64,000 nucleotides of DNA from Pseudaestuariivita rosea (GTDB lineage: Bacteria > Pseudomonadota > Alphaproteobacteria > Rhodobacterales > Rhodobacteraceae), in contig NZ_JACNMP010000002.1 of NCBI RefSeq assembly GCF_017592335.1, positions 145,973 through 209,972 on the forward strand. Reading direction: 5' to 3'. The notes below the pieces were generated by a model, which worked only from the letters and a program-made list of their open reading frames with translations, had not been told where the DNA came from and made no database searches. Position 1 is the first letter of the stretch; every line of letters begins with the position of its first letter. A program made the translations under genes and the position numbers. Below are positions 38,532 through 48,107 of the stretch, one piece after another.

Positions 38532-40592
38532 GTGCCATTGGTCCCTGTCAGGGAAATGCTGGACGCACAACGCGGGCAGGTGCTGTTGTGGATGCCGGTG
38601 TTTCTGGGAACGGGCATCGGGGTTTATTTTTCACTGAAAACGGAACCTTCGGCAGTTGTCTTGGCGGGGTGTGCGGCTTTGATGGCGATCAACCTGCTGT
38701 TGGCGGTGTTGCGACGCTATGGGCTGGCGTATCTGCTGTTGCCGCTTAGTCTGATCGCAGCGGGGCTTTTGCTGGCCACGTGGCGGGCCAATGATGTGGC
38801 AGCACCCGTGTTGGACTGGCGCTATTACGGCGCGGTGCAGGGGCGGGTCGTGATGATCGACCGGTCACAATCGGACGTGCCGCGCCTGACCCTGGACAAC
38901 GTGGTGCTGAACGATGTGGCCCCCCATAAAACACCGACGCGCGTGCGGGTATCGCTGCACGGTGATCAGCAGTACCTGACGCCCGAACCGGGCCTGACCG
39001 TCATGATGACGGCCCATCTGTCGCCCCCCGGCGGGCCGGTTGAGCCGGGTGGTTTCGACTTTCAGCGCATGGCGTGGTTTCAGGGGCTGGGGGCCGTGGG
39101 CTATACCCGCACGCCCGCGCTGGTGCTTTATCCGGCCGATCCAAATGCCTGGGATCTGGTGATTTATCGGCTGCGGATGCAGATATCACAGGGGATTCAG
39201 GCCCGCATTCCGGGGGAAACCGGCGCTTTTGCCTCGGCCATTCTGACGGGCGACCGATCCGGTATCGGGCAAGAGGCGCTAGAGGATTTGCGGGCCTCGA
39301 ACCTGGCGCATCTGCTGGCGATATCGGGGCTGCATATGGGGCTGCTGACCGGTTTTGTCTTTGCCGCGGTCCGAATGGGCATCGCGCTGATCCCGCCGCT
39401 GGCCATGCGTGTGTCCGGGAAAAAGATCGCAGCCGTCGTCGCCCTGATCGCCGCCACGCTGTATCTGGGTCTGTCAGGCGGGGCCGTGGCCACGCAGCGG
39501 GCCTATATCATGGTCGCGGTGATGCTGGTGGCGATCCTGTTCAACCGCCGCGCGCTGACCTTGCGGGGGGTGGCCCTGGCGGCCATCATCGTGCTGGTTC
39601 TGCGGCCCGAGGCGCTGATGGGCCCCGGTTTTCAGATGTCATTTGCCGCCACAACCGCGTTGGTCGCCGTCTTTTCCGCCTTGCGGGGGTGGGATTATCG
39701 GTTGCCGCGCGTCATTCGCCCTGTTTTTTCCGTCCTTGCGTCCTCGGCAGTGGCGGGGGCGGCGACGGCACCTTTTGCGGCGGCCCATTTCAATCAGGTG
39801 GCGCATTTCGGACTGTTGGCCAATCTGCTGTCGGTGCCGCTGATGGGCAGTGTCGTGATCCCCAGTGCGGTGCTGGCTGCGATTTTGTCGCCCTTCGGGC
39901 TTGAATGGATACCGCTTTGGGTCATGGGGGTCGGGATCGACTGGATTTTGTTTGTGGCGGGTTGGGTGGCATCATTGGACGGGGCGCTCAGCCGTGTGCC
40001 GTCGCCGCCGGATGCGGTGCTGCCGCTGCTGACGTTCGGTGCGATTTTCGTGATTTTATTCAGAGGCTTGCCGCGTTGGATCGGGGTTTTGCCGGTTATC
40101 GCGGCGTTTGCTTTATGGGGGAATGTCGAACGCCCCGCGCTGCTGATTTCGGAAAGCGGCGGTTTGATTGGTGTGATGACCGATCAGGGCCGTGTTCTAA
40201 GCAAAGCGCGGGGCGAGGGCTTTGTCGCCAGCAACTGGCTGGAAAACGATGGTGATCTTGTCACGCAAGAAGACGCCGCGGCCCGTGGTCAGATCGAACA
40301 GATCAATCTGGCGCAACAGGTCGTGCTTCACAGAACGGGCAAGGCCGCACGTACCTTACCCGCCGACTGCGACGGTGCCGATTGGGTGATCGTGAATGCA
40401 AAGGTGGAACAGCCCGTCGACTGTACCATTATCGGACCCGACAGCCTGAAACAAAGCGGAGCCATCGCGATATACAACCCGCAAGCGCCCCGCATTGTAA
40501 TGGCACGTCAAACCACCGGCCTGCGCCTTTGGAACAAAAGACAATACGACCAGCCCCCGCCTGATCTGCGCACATTGACAAAGGCTGATTAA
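38532..40592 (+). CDS. comEC: ComEC/Rec2 family competence (DNA internalisation) protein
   Basis: Polytopic membrane protein with the ISGLHMGLL motif. The gltA-gltX-comEC neighbourhood is conserved in alphaproteobacteria. Confidence 0.85.
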   Translation: MPLVPVREMLDAQRGQVLLWMPVFLGTGIGVYFSLKTEPSAVVLAGCAALMAINLLLAVLRRYGLAYLLLPLSLIAAGLLLATWRANDVAAPVLDWRYYGAVQGRVVMIDRSQSDVPRLTLDNVVLNDVAPHKTPTRVRVSLHGDQQYLTPEPGLTVMMTAHLSPPGGPVEPGGFDFQRMAWFQGLGAVGYTRTPALVLYPADPNAWDLVIYRLRMQISQGIQARIPGETGAFASAILTGDRSGIGQEALEDLRASNLAHLLAISGLHMGLLTGFVFAAVRMGIALIPPLAMRVSGKKIAAVVALIAATLYLGLSGGAVATQRAYIMVAVMLVAILFNRRALTLRGVALAAIIVLVLRPEALMGPGFQMSFAATTALVAVFSALRGWDYRLPRVIRPVFSVLASSAVAGAATAPFAAAHFNQVAHFGLLANLLSVPLMGSVVIPSAVLAAILSPFGLEWIPLWVMGVGIDWILFVAGWVASLDGALSRVPSPPDAVLPLLTFGAIFVILFRGLPRWIGVLPVIAAFALWGNVERPALLISESGGLIGVMTDQGRVLSKARGEGFVASNWLENDGDLVTQEDAAARGQIEQINLAQQVVLHRTGKAARTLPADCDGADWVIVNAKVEQPVDCTIIGPDSLKQSGAIAIYNPQAPRIVMARQTTGLRLWNKRQYDQPPPDLRTLTKAD

Positions 40593-40662
40593 CTTTAGCG
40601 GTTTTGGTGTTACAATCCTGGGATACAAGACCTTGAGTGGTTTCGCCAAAAATGGATGCGTT

Positions 40663-41913
40663 ATGGCTATTCGGTTGACGACTTGGAATGTTGAGTGGTT
40701 CGGGCAACTGCTGAAAGGGTACACGCGGACCATTCCGCAGAGAAGCAAGCGTGTGACGTCAACCAAGGGCAAGGCATTGCAGAAGCTGCAGCGCAGTCAG
40801 ATTGCTGAAGAAATCCGGCAGATTGATCCAGATATTCTTTGCATTCAGGAAGGGCCCTCGACCGGAAATGTTGACCGGCTTGAGGCATTTTGTACCGATG
40901 ATCTGGATGAAGACTGGACGGTGATCACTCGGCCTGAGAATGATAAATATCTGATATCCGGGTCGCAGGGCATCTTTTTCCTTGTGAAAACTGAAAAGCT
41001 GGATGTGCTGCGCCCGACGCTTTTGCCGCAGTCGGCGTGGATTGAGGCGACCGAATACGAAAGCCGGGTCGATTTCACGATCGACGACAGCGGCGAACAC
41101 AAGCGGAAATGGCCGATCATTCATCCGCAGTTCAAACCGGGTGATGTCCAAACTCTGGCTGAGCCGGAGGACGACGACGATGCGGGCGAAGATGCGCCAC
41201 AGTTGAATGACCGCGAACATTCGCACTGGCGGCATCCTCAGGTTCTTGTCTGCATGGTGGGTGGGCGCCGGGTTGATTTCGTTGGGCTTCACCTGAAATC
41301 CAAGTTTAGCGGCGATGATTACGCCAAGGCGGGGCTTGCGCGGCGAAAACCGGAAAAGACGGCGGAAGATATCGCGCTGATCCTTCGGGCGGAACAAACT
41401 GCTGTTGAGGCGCGCATCAAACTGTCGACCGAGGCAGCCAATGTCCGATATTATGTCGACAACCGTTTTCGCAACGAACCCAATCCGGCGGTTTTCCTAT
41501 TGGGTGATCTGAACGACGGTGTCGGAAAAGAGGTCTTTGAACGCAAATATCTGTTTCATGACCTGATCTCAAACCTTCAGGGGGATGTCTTTTTTGCCAA
41601 TCGCTTCTTGAACCATGCTCTTTTCGACTATTCCAATGAACGGGGCGAGAATCACCGCTGGACGGCTGTCTTTGCCGATGTCTGGGACCCTTACCGCGCG
41701 CCCGAGATCCTGCTGGATCACATCCTGTTTACCCAAAGCGTCTGCGGCGCGGATGCGATGCAGCAATCCGGGTTTTGTGTGCCCCCAAAAGCCGGGCGCG
41801 TGGAACATGAAATTCATAATGCGATCAATGCGGTATTTGATCGGAAAGAGGATCACACCAGCGATCACCGGCCTGTCACAGTCGACATTCACACACATAC
41901 ACCGATGGCATAA
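40663..41913 (+). CDS. endonuclease/exonuclease/phosphatase (EEP) family protein
   Basis: N-terminal WNVEWF and C-terminal SDHRPVTVD motifs typical of the EEP fold. A long acidic insertion sits in the middle. Confidence 0.75.
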   Translation: MAIRLTTWNVEWFGQLLKGYTRTIPQRSKRVTSTKGKALQKLQRSQIAEEIRQIDPDILCIQEGPSTGNVDRLEAFCTDDLDEDWTVITRPENDKYLISGSQGIFFLVKTEKLDVLRPTLLPQSAWIEATEYESRVDFTIDDSGEHKRKWPIIHPQFKPGDVQTLAEPEDDDDAGEDAPQLNDREHSHWRHPQVLVCMVGGRRVDFVGLHLKSKFSGDDYAKAGLARRKPEKTAEDIALILRAEQTAVEARIKLSTEAANVRYYVDNRFRNEPNPAVFLLGDLNDGVGKEVFERKYLFHDLISNLQGDVFFANRFLNHALFDYSNERGENHRWTAVFADVWDPYRAPEILLDHILFTQSVCGADAMQQSGFCVPPKAGRVEHEIHNAINAVFDRKEDHTSDHRPVTVDIHTHTPMA

Positions 41914-41985
41914 CCCTGCCGAGCCCGGATGACACCACTGGCAAACCGTGGCATCGTTTTGATGCGATCATCGAAGGTGTAGCTG

Positions 41986-43359
41986 ATGCAGTTCGATCCC
42001 ATTCTGGCAAATGCGCGGTTCGGCCTGGGCCCGTCACCTCGGCACGACTTGCCCTTGGGGGCCGGTGACCTGCTGACCGAAATCACCGCGCCCGATCATC
42101 AGGCAAAGGCCTTTCCGATCCGGACGTTTTCGTCCTTTCGTCAGGATTTGCTGGTTCTGAGCGATTTGCACAAACAGCAGCGCCAATCCGACGATCCGCA
42201 AGAGCAGGAAAAGTTACGCGAAACGATCCGGGATCGACGCAAGCAGCTTGAGGCGCAGCAGATTGCGGCGTTTCGGGCTACACTGTCACGCGCGGTTGCG
42301 TCCCGCTTTGGCTTTCGCGAACGGCTGATGCTGTTTTGGTCCGATCACTTCACGGCGCACGCCAAAAACGGCGTGTCCCGCAGTCTGACGGCAGGCTATG
42401 TCGAAGAGGCCATTCGCCCGCACATCAACGGTCATTTCGCCGACATGCTGAAAGCGGCGGTGACCCATCCGGTGATGCTGGACTACCTGGATCAGAACTT
42501 TTCGGCCGGGCCGAACTCTGACGCGGCGGTCAAGCATGGTCGCGGGCTGAACGAAAACCTTGCGCGTGAGGTGATTGAACTGCACACCCTTGGGGTGGGT
42601 GGCGCGTATCGTCAGAAAGACGTGCGCGAATTTGCGCGTGTGCTGGCGGGCCTGCGCTATAAACACGAAGACGGCATGAAATTCCGCCGCTATCTGAGGG
42701 AGCCGGGCGCAAAAACTGTTCTGGGCCAGCGGTATGAAACGCCATCGCTGCAGGATGTGCACGCCGCGCTGGAGGATCTGGCCCGTCACCCCGACACGGC
42801 GCACCATATCGCCCGAAAACTGGCGGTGCATTTCGTTTCGGATACGCCGGATGATGATTTGGTGGGTCACATCAGCCAGGCATTTCGCAAAAGCGGTGGC
42901 CATCTGCCAACCGTCTATGCTGCGTTGCTTGATCATCCAGGGGCGTCGGGTCTGCAGCCGGGCAATATCAAGACGCCCATCGAGTTTGTGATGTCTTCGA
43001 TGCGTGCCCTTGGTGCGACGCCGGGGCATGTGGCTGAGCTGACCGAAAGGCAGATCAGGCAGTATCTGTCGGTTCCGCTGACGGTTATGGGGCAAAGATG
43101 GGAACAGCCGCTTGGTCCGGATGGTTGGCCGGAAGAGGATGATCACTGGATCACGCCCCAAGGTCTGGCCGCGCGGATCGAATGGGCGATGATGGTGTCG
43201 TATCAACTGCGGGGCGATCTTCCCGATCCGCGCGATTTTCTGACAGACGCCTTGGGGCCTGATGCGTCGGGGGCGGTCCGATTTGCCGCGACCAATGCAG
43301 AAACACGCTGGGAAGGTATCGGCCTTGTGCTGGCATCGCCCGCGTTTCAGCGACGATAA
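41986..43359 (+). CDS. DUF1800 family protein
   Basis: ELHTLGVGGAYRQKDVREFARVLAG-type conserved core. It is paired with a DUF1501 gene as usual. Confidence 0.8.
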   Translation: MQFDPILANARFGLGPSPRHDLPLGAGDLLTEITAPDHQAKAFPIRTFSSFRQDLLVLSDLHKQQRQSDDPQEQEKLRETIRDRRKQLEAQQIAAFRATLSRAVASRFGFRERLMLFWSDHFTAHAKNGVSRSLTAGYVEEAIRPHINGHFADMLKAAVTHPVMLDYLDQNFSAGPNSDAAVKHGRGLNENLAREVIELHTLGVGGAYRQKDVREFARVLAGLRYKHEDGMKFRRYLREPGAKTVLGQRYETPSLQDVHAALEDLARHPDTAHHIARKLAVHFVSDTPDDDLVGHISQAFRKSGGHLPTVYAALLDHPGASGLQPGNIKTPIEFVMSSMRALGATPGHVAELTERQIRQYLSVPLTVMGQRWEQPLGPDGWPEEDDHWITPQGLAARIEWAMMVSYQLRGDLPDPRDFLTDALGPDASGAVRFAATNAETRWEGIGLVLASPAFQRR

Positions 43360-43366
43360 GGAGGCG

Positions 43367-44590
43367 ATGATGCCACCCATCAACAGACGCAGATTCCTGA
43401 CACAAAGCGCGGCACTTGGATGTTCGGCCGCCGCCAGTCCGCTGCTGACACCGATTGCCCTGGCCGCGGCCCCGGGCGAGGCCCGCCTGGTGGTTATTGT
43501 CCTGCGCGGCGGGATGGACGGGTTGGATGTCGTGCGACCCTATGGTGATCCCGATTTTGCGGCACTTCGGCCAAAGCTGGCGGCAGATCGTGCCAAATCC
43601 CACGACCTGGACGGTTTCTTTGCAGCCCACCCCGCGCTTGATCGTCTGATGCCGCTGTGGTCCCAGGGCCAGTTGGCCTTTGTGCAGGCCGTTTCGACGC
43701 CCTATCGCGATAAGCGCAGCCATTTCGATGGTCAGGATATTCTTGAGGCCGGAACGCCCGGATTGCCCGGCACCCGGCAGGATGGGTGGTTGAACCGCTT
43801 GCTTCAATCCATGCCCGATACCGAGGCAAAGACAGCCTTCGCCATCGGGCGCGACACAATGCGTGTTCTGTCCGGATCGGCCCCGGTGGCCAACTGGTCA
43901 CCCGATGCAAGCCTGACACTTGGCCCGCAAACTGCCAGACTTCTTGAACTGATGTATCACGATGATCCGGTTTTTCGCGATACAATCGCCGAAGCGATGG
44001 ATCTTTCGGGGGCTCTGAGATCGCAGGCGGCCTCTTTTGAGCCCGAAAACATGATGCAACAGATGCAGGCCACTCAACGTGATATGCGGCAAAACGGCCA
44101 AGAGGCCAGCGTCGCATCCTTTGCCGCGGAACAGTTGCGGGGCGCGACGCGGATCGCGGCTTTTTCGGTCAATGGTTGGGATACGCACGCAAAACAGGCG
44201 CAAGGTATATCGCGCGCGCTTGAACGGATCAGCGATGTGATCCTGACGTTGAGGGACGAACTTGGGCCGATCTGGCAGAACACCACTGTCATGGCGATGA
44301 CGGAATTTGGTCGCACGGTGCGCGAAAACGGAACGCAGGGCACAGATCACGGCACGGGCGGTGCGATGATTCTGGCGGGCGGCGCTATTCGCGGCGGTCA
44401 GGTGTTCGGGCGCTGGCCCGGACTGTCCGAAGGCGATCTGTACGAAAGACGCGATCTGTTGCCGACAGCCGATGTGCGCAGCTATGCGGCCTGGACACTG
44501 CGTGAGCTGTTCGGGGCGGATGTGGCGAACCTTGAAACCAGCGTCTTTCCGGGGCTGAGCATGGGCGACAATCCGCGCCTTATTCTTTAG
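43367..44590 (+). CDS. DUF1501 family protein (Tat signal)
   Basis: Tat motif NRRRFLTQSAALG. AAGGAGG RBS. Sulfatase-like DUF1501 core. Confidence 0.8.
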   Translation: MMPPINRRRFLTQSAALGCSAAASPLLTPIALAAAPGEARLVVIVLRGGMDGLDVVRPYGDPDFAALRPKLAADRAKSHDLDGFFAAHPALDRLMPLWSQGQLAFVQAVSTPYRDKRSHFDGQDILEAGTPGLPGTRQDGWLNRLLQSMPDTEAKTAFAIGRDTMRVLSGSAPVANWSPDASLTLGPQTARLLELMYHDDPVFRDTIAEAMDLSGALRSQAASFEPENMMQQMQATQRDMRQNGQEASVASFAAEQLRGATRIAAFSVNGWDTHAKQAQGISRALERISDVILTLRDELGPIWQNTTVMAMTEFGRTVRENGTQGTDHGTGGAMILAGGAIRGGQVFGRWPGLSEGDLYERRDLLPTADVRSYAAWTLRELFGADVANLETSVFPGLSMGDNPRLIL

Positions 44591-44631
44591 GGCATTGCTC
44601 AGAAAATCTGCAATACACCTCATAACCATCC

Positions 44632-44739
44632 CGCCCGGTGGGTACCACCGGGCAGCGCCCGACCGCCCCCGTCACGCCAAAAGCGTGCTTCCAGAACGAC
44701 GGCGGGCGCTTCTCGCCCACCCGCGGACGGTCGCTGCCC
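44632..44739 (+). repeat. GC-rich multi-hairpin repeat, copy A (plus orientation)
   Basis: CGCCCGGTGGGTACCACCGGGCAGCGCCCGACCGCCCCC...GGGCGGGCGCTTCTCGCCCACCCGCGGACGGTCGCTGCCC. Both flanks match the reverse complement of copy B at about 90% identity, with a longer central insert. It begins about 41 nt downstream of the DUF1501 stop. Confidence 0.65.
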
Positions 44740-44780
44740 TATGAGCTACAGCATTGTGTTTCAGATTTTTAGTTTGATGC

Positions 44781-44814
44781 TCTAAAAACAAACGCCCCGG
44801 ATCGAAATCCGGGG
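44781..44814 (-). terminator. rho-independent terminator (minus strand)
   Basis: CCCCGGAT-TTCG-ATCCGGGG hairpin (8-bp perfect stem) followed by TTTGTTTTT on the minus strand. It lies about 50 nt after the stop of the 58-aa ORF. Confidence 0.6.
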
Positions 44815-44860
44815 CAAGTCTGAAATATTGCAGCTTATAAGTCACGCTGCATTTTTATGC

Positions 44861-45037
44861 CTAACGTGTGACACTGACCGAGATTGCAGTACCACCATCA
44901 AACACATTCGGCGCTCTGCTTGTGAAAGCGGCCGTCAGAGCAATGGACAAAAACACCAGACCTGCGGTCAGAACAATCCAATCAACAGTTCCTTCTTTGA
45001 CCGGTTTGCTATCTATCGCTGACAAAAGTCTGAACAT
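44861..45037 (-). CDS. hypothetical 58-aa single-helix membrane peptide (not in the ORF track)
   Basis: MFRLLSAIDSKPVKEGTVDWIVLTAGLVFLSIALTAAFTSRAPNVFDGGTAISVSVTR. ATG at 45037, TAG at 44863-44861. It sits in an AT-rich islet, is followed by a strong terminator, and has only a weak Shine-Dalgarno (GAGTG). Confidence 0.3.
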   Translation of the reverse strand: MFRLLSAIDSKPVKEGTVDWIVLTAGLVFLSIALTAAFTSRAPNVFDGGTAISVSVTR

Positions 45038-45176
45038 TGCGGCACTCGTACGTTAAATTACCGTTATATTAGGCGTAAAAAATGAGGCAGGAATAAGAAA
45101 CACCAAAGACAATTTCTTGAACTATCCGGTCAATTCATTTCAACTGATCCGTGATAAACTATCGAACTGTTAAGAT

Positions 45177-45881
45177 TTGGGGCATTGGGCTTTGGAAAAT
45201 CTCGAAAACTGGGCGCCGCCGCCACCGCCGGGGCCCGCACGCATAGAGGGGCAGTTTGTTCTACTGGAACAGTTGTCCATCGGACATTCGACTGATCTTT
45301 ACCTGCAGTTTCAGGGCCATGATGATGTTTGGCGCTATCTGCCGGACCGCCCGCCCAAAGACATTCAAGGCTTCACCGATATCCTGCACGACTTCACGTC
45401 TGACCCGGATAACCATTTCTTCTACGCCATTTTCGACAAAGACAGTGGGAAGTGGGGCGGATTTGCATCCTATTGGACCATTCAGCCCGACGCAGGCGCA
45501 ATTGAGCTGGGCTGCATCGGTCTATCCCCATCATTACAGCGGACACGCGCCGCGACCGAGGCATTTTATCTGATGATGAAATGGGCGTTTGAGGCAGGCT
45601 ATCGGCGGTTTGAATGGAAATGCAATGCGCTCAATGTGCCATCACGGCGTGCCGCGCAACGACTGGGCTTAAGTTACGAAGGTATCTTTCGACAAGCCAG
45701 TGTGACCAAGGGACAGAACCGCGACACCGCCTGGTTCGCCGCGATTGATAAGGAATGGCCCGATCTGCAAAACGCCTTTGACACTTGGCTGGATGCCGCG
45801 AATTTCGACGCGAACGGCCAGCAGATTATGTCACTGACACGACTGACCGCCCCGATTCTGGTGAAAGCTGACAGCGCCTGA
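45177..45881 (+). CDS. GNAT family N-acetyltransferase
   Basis: 234 aa with a RimL-like GNAT core (IELGCIGLSPSLQRTRAATEAFYLMMKWAFE). Confidence 0.8.
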   Translation: MGHWALENLENWAPPPPPGPARIEGQFVLLEQLSIGHSTDLYLQFQGHDDVWRYLPDRPPKDIQGFTDILHDFTSDPDNHFFYAIFDKDSGKWGGFASYWTIQPDAGAIELGCIGLSPSLQRTRAATEAFYLMMKWAFEAGYRRFEWKCNALNVPSRRAAQRLGLSYEGIFRQASVTKGQNRDTAWFAAIDKEWPDLQNAFDTWLDAANFDANGQQIMSLTRLTAPILVKADSA

Positions 45882-46598
45882 TCAGACGGCGATCTTGTCA
45901 GAAAGGCGGTTTTTGACGATTGACTGCACGGCGCCAAGTGCCGAACCCGTCGGGTGACCCAACTGGTGCACATCAGCCAGTGCCTTGGTCGCAGTCGCTA
46001 ATTCTGTATCCTGCGCAATCTGCGCCACGCCAGACAAAAACTGGGTCAGATAGGCCAGTGTGGCGTCGTCCGGTTGGGTCGATATAACGTCATCGACATG
46101 GGCCAAATCATCCTGAAAGGCCATCATATCCGGTTCGACCAGATCATCGGGCAGGACACGGGGGCCAACGGGGCGCTGATTTTCGGGCAGATTTTGCAGA
46201 ACAACTTCCTGAAATGCCGCCAGACTTTGCATCGGCTTTTCGACAAATGCGTCGGCCCCGGCCTGCAGCGCGGCCTGTTCCATATCGGCGATACCGCTGA
46301 TTGCCAGTATGACATCCACACGCGGTTTGACCTGCGATAGATCCCGGATCAGTTCAACGCCAGAGCCATCCGGCAGCCCAAGATCGATGATCAGAACCGA
46401 TGGCCTGTAAGCCTGCAGATGCCGACGCGCTGATTTCAGGCTGTCTGCGCGGCGGATACGCGCCCCTGATCGCAGGCAAAGCAGTCGAATAGCCTCACAT
46501 GCAAATCGGCTGTCTTCCACCACAAGCACTGTCAGACCCAGCAAGGGGCGATTGGCGGTCGGGGTTGGTGCAAATGCAAACTTTTCAAAGCTGTCCAT
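45882..46598 (-). CDS. response regulator (REC domain plus an uncharacterised C-terminal domain)
   Basis: VLVVEDSRF...VLIIDLGLPDGSG receiver. A C-terminal region of about 110 aa has no recognised output domain. No cognate kinase is adjacent. Confidence 0.7.
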   Translation of the reverse strand: MDSFEKFAFAPTPTANRPLLGLTVLVVEDSRFACEAIRLLCLRSGARIRRADSLKSARRHLQAYRPSVLIIDLGLPDGSGVELIRDLSQVKPRVDVILAISGIADMEQAALQAGADAFVEKPMQSLAAFQEVVLQNLPENQRPVGPRVLPDDLVEPDMMAFQDDLAHVDDVISTQPDDATLAYLTQFLSGVAQIAQDTELATATKALADVHQLGHPTGSALGAVQSIVKNRLSDKIAV

Positions 46599-46733
46599 TA
46601 CAAAGCTCCGCTAACTGGTACGACTCGCACTAAAACTTACTGAGGCTAATGGTTGGTTAACGCACCGTCCCTGCTTGTCACGGGACGGGCAGGCTGCGAT
46701 AACCTGCTAACGCTATCTTTGCAGGAGTTCGCC

Positions 46734-47138
46734 ATGATCGGTCGTCTGAATCACGTCGCAATTGCCGTCCCGGATCTGGAGGCTGCGTCAGAACAGTATC
46801 GATCCGCGCTAGGGGCAAATGTGGGTGCGCCGCAGGATGAACCTGATCACGGCGTCACGGTGGTTTTCATCGAATTGCCCAACACCAAGATCGAACTTTT
46901 GTACCCCCTTGGCGACAACAGCCCGATTACCGGATTTCTGGAAAAGAACCCATCGGGTGGTATTCATCACGTCTGTTATGAGGTCGAAGATATTCTGGCC
47001 GCCCGCGACCAGCTGAAGGCCACCGGCGCGCGGGTTCTGGGGGATGGAGAGCCCAAGATCGGCGCCCACGGAAAGCCGGTTTTGTTTTTGCATCCCAAAG
47101 ACTTCAACGGCTGCCTGGTCGAACTGGAAGAAGTCTAG
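46734..47138 (+). CDS. mce: methylmalonyl-CoA epimerase (VOC/glyoxalase fold)
   Basis: MIGRLNHVAIAVPDLEAA and GGIHHVCYEVEDI. AGGAG RBS. ATG at 46734. Confidence 0.85.
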   Translation: MIGRLNHVAIAVPDLEAASEQYRSALGANVGAPQDEPDHGVTVVFIELPNTKIELLYPLGDNSPITGFLEKNPSGGIHHVCYEVEDILAARDQLKATGARVLGDGEPKIGAHGKPVLFLHPKDFNGCLVELEEV

Positions 47139-47158
47139 AGAAGGACTATCTAAGCAAA

Positions 47159-47452
47159 ATGTCCATTACATCCGCCATCGTTCTGTTTGCCGTGATCTGG
47201 TTCATGGTGCTGTTCATCGTTCTGCCCTTGCGCATGAAAACCCAAGGGGATGTGGGTGAAATTGTGCCCGGCACCCACGCGTCGGCGCCCGCGGACCCTC
47301 AGCTAGGGCGCAAAGCCAAGATCGTGACAACTGTCAGTGTCATCCTTTGGGTCATCATCGCGGGCACCATTATTTCCGGTGTCGTCAGCGTCCGCGATAT
47401 CGACTGGTTCAACCGGATGGCAACGCCCGAACTCGGTGGAACAGGTGGGTAA
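47159..47452 (+). CDS. DUF1467 family small membrane protein
   Basis: 97 aa with two transmembrane helices. It follows mce, as is typical in alphaproteobacteria. Confidence 0.65.
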   Translation: MSITSAIVLFAVIWFMVLFIVLPLRMKTQGDVGEIVPGTHASAPADPQLGRKAKIVTTVSVILWVIIAGTIISGVVSVRDIDWFNRMATPELGGTGG

Positions 47453-48107
47453 AGGTCGCCACACCTAGAATCGGAATAATCAGATTAATGAACGGGATCG
47501 TCAGCGGCACTGTCATCAGCGCACCTGCGGCCCAGACTGTCAGGGCGTGGCGTTTCCTTAGTGCCTTGGCTTCCGCAGCGCTCATTCGGCGAATGGCTAC
47601 CATCTGAAAATATTCACGCCCCAACAGATACCCATTCATCCCCCAGAAAATGAAAAGCGCCAGGGGCGCCAGAAAGATGTAAAGGATCAACGCAAGAATA
47701 TTTGCGCCGATGATGACCCCCAGAAACCCGATGCTGTCTTTCACGCCGTCGACAAAGGACTGTTCATTCGCTTTCGGCAGCCCGGTGTAGTGGCGATCCT
47801 CAACCGCTTGGGCGATCTGGTCCAGAAAAAGCCCGGTGATCGCGGATGCCACCGGCACCATCAGAAAGACCGAAAGGATCAGCATCAGGGGGATCGATGC
47901 CCAGGAAATTGCATCGTCAATCCAGTTTATTTCCCCGATCCACGGTAGGGTCAGGCTGTCAGGGAATATCCACTGAAATATGCCAAGAAAGACCAGGTAG
48001 AATCCGAACAGAAGGGCGATAGTTAATCCAAAACCCATTAACAGCACGCGTAAAAATTTAGGATCGCCGATCTGACTGATCGCTTTGAAAAAAGATGTAA
48101 AAATCAT
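47409..48107 (-). CDS. EI24/CysZ-like membrane protein
   Basis: 232 aa polytopic protein with a CysZ/EI24-like pattern. Tentative. Confidence 0.6.
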   Translation of the reverse strand: MIFTSFFKAISQIGDPKFLRVLLMGFGLTIALLFGFYLVFLGIFQWIFPDSLTLPWIGEINWIDDAISWASIPLMLILSVFLMVPVASAITGLFLDQIAQAVEDRHYTGLPKANEQSFVDGVKDSIGFLGVIIGANILALILYIFLAPLALFIFWGMNGYLLGREYFQMVAIRRMSAAEAKALRKRHALTVWAAGALMTVPLTIPFINLIIPILGVATFTHLFHRVRALPSG

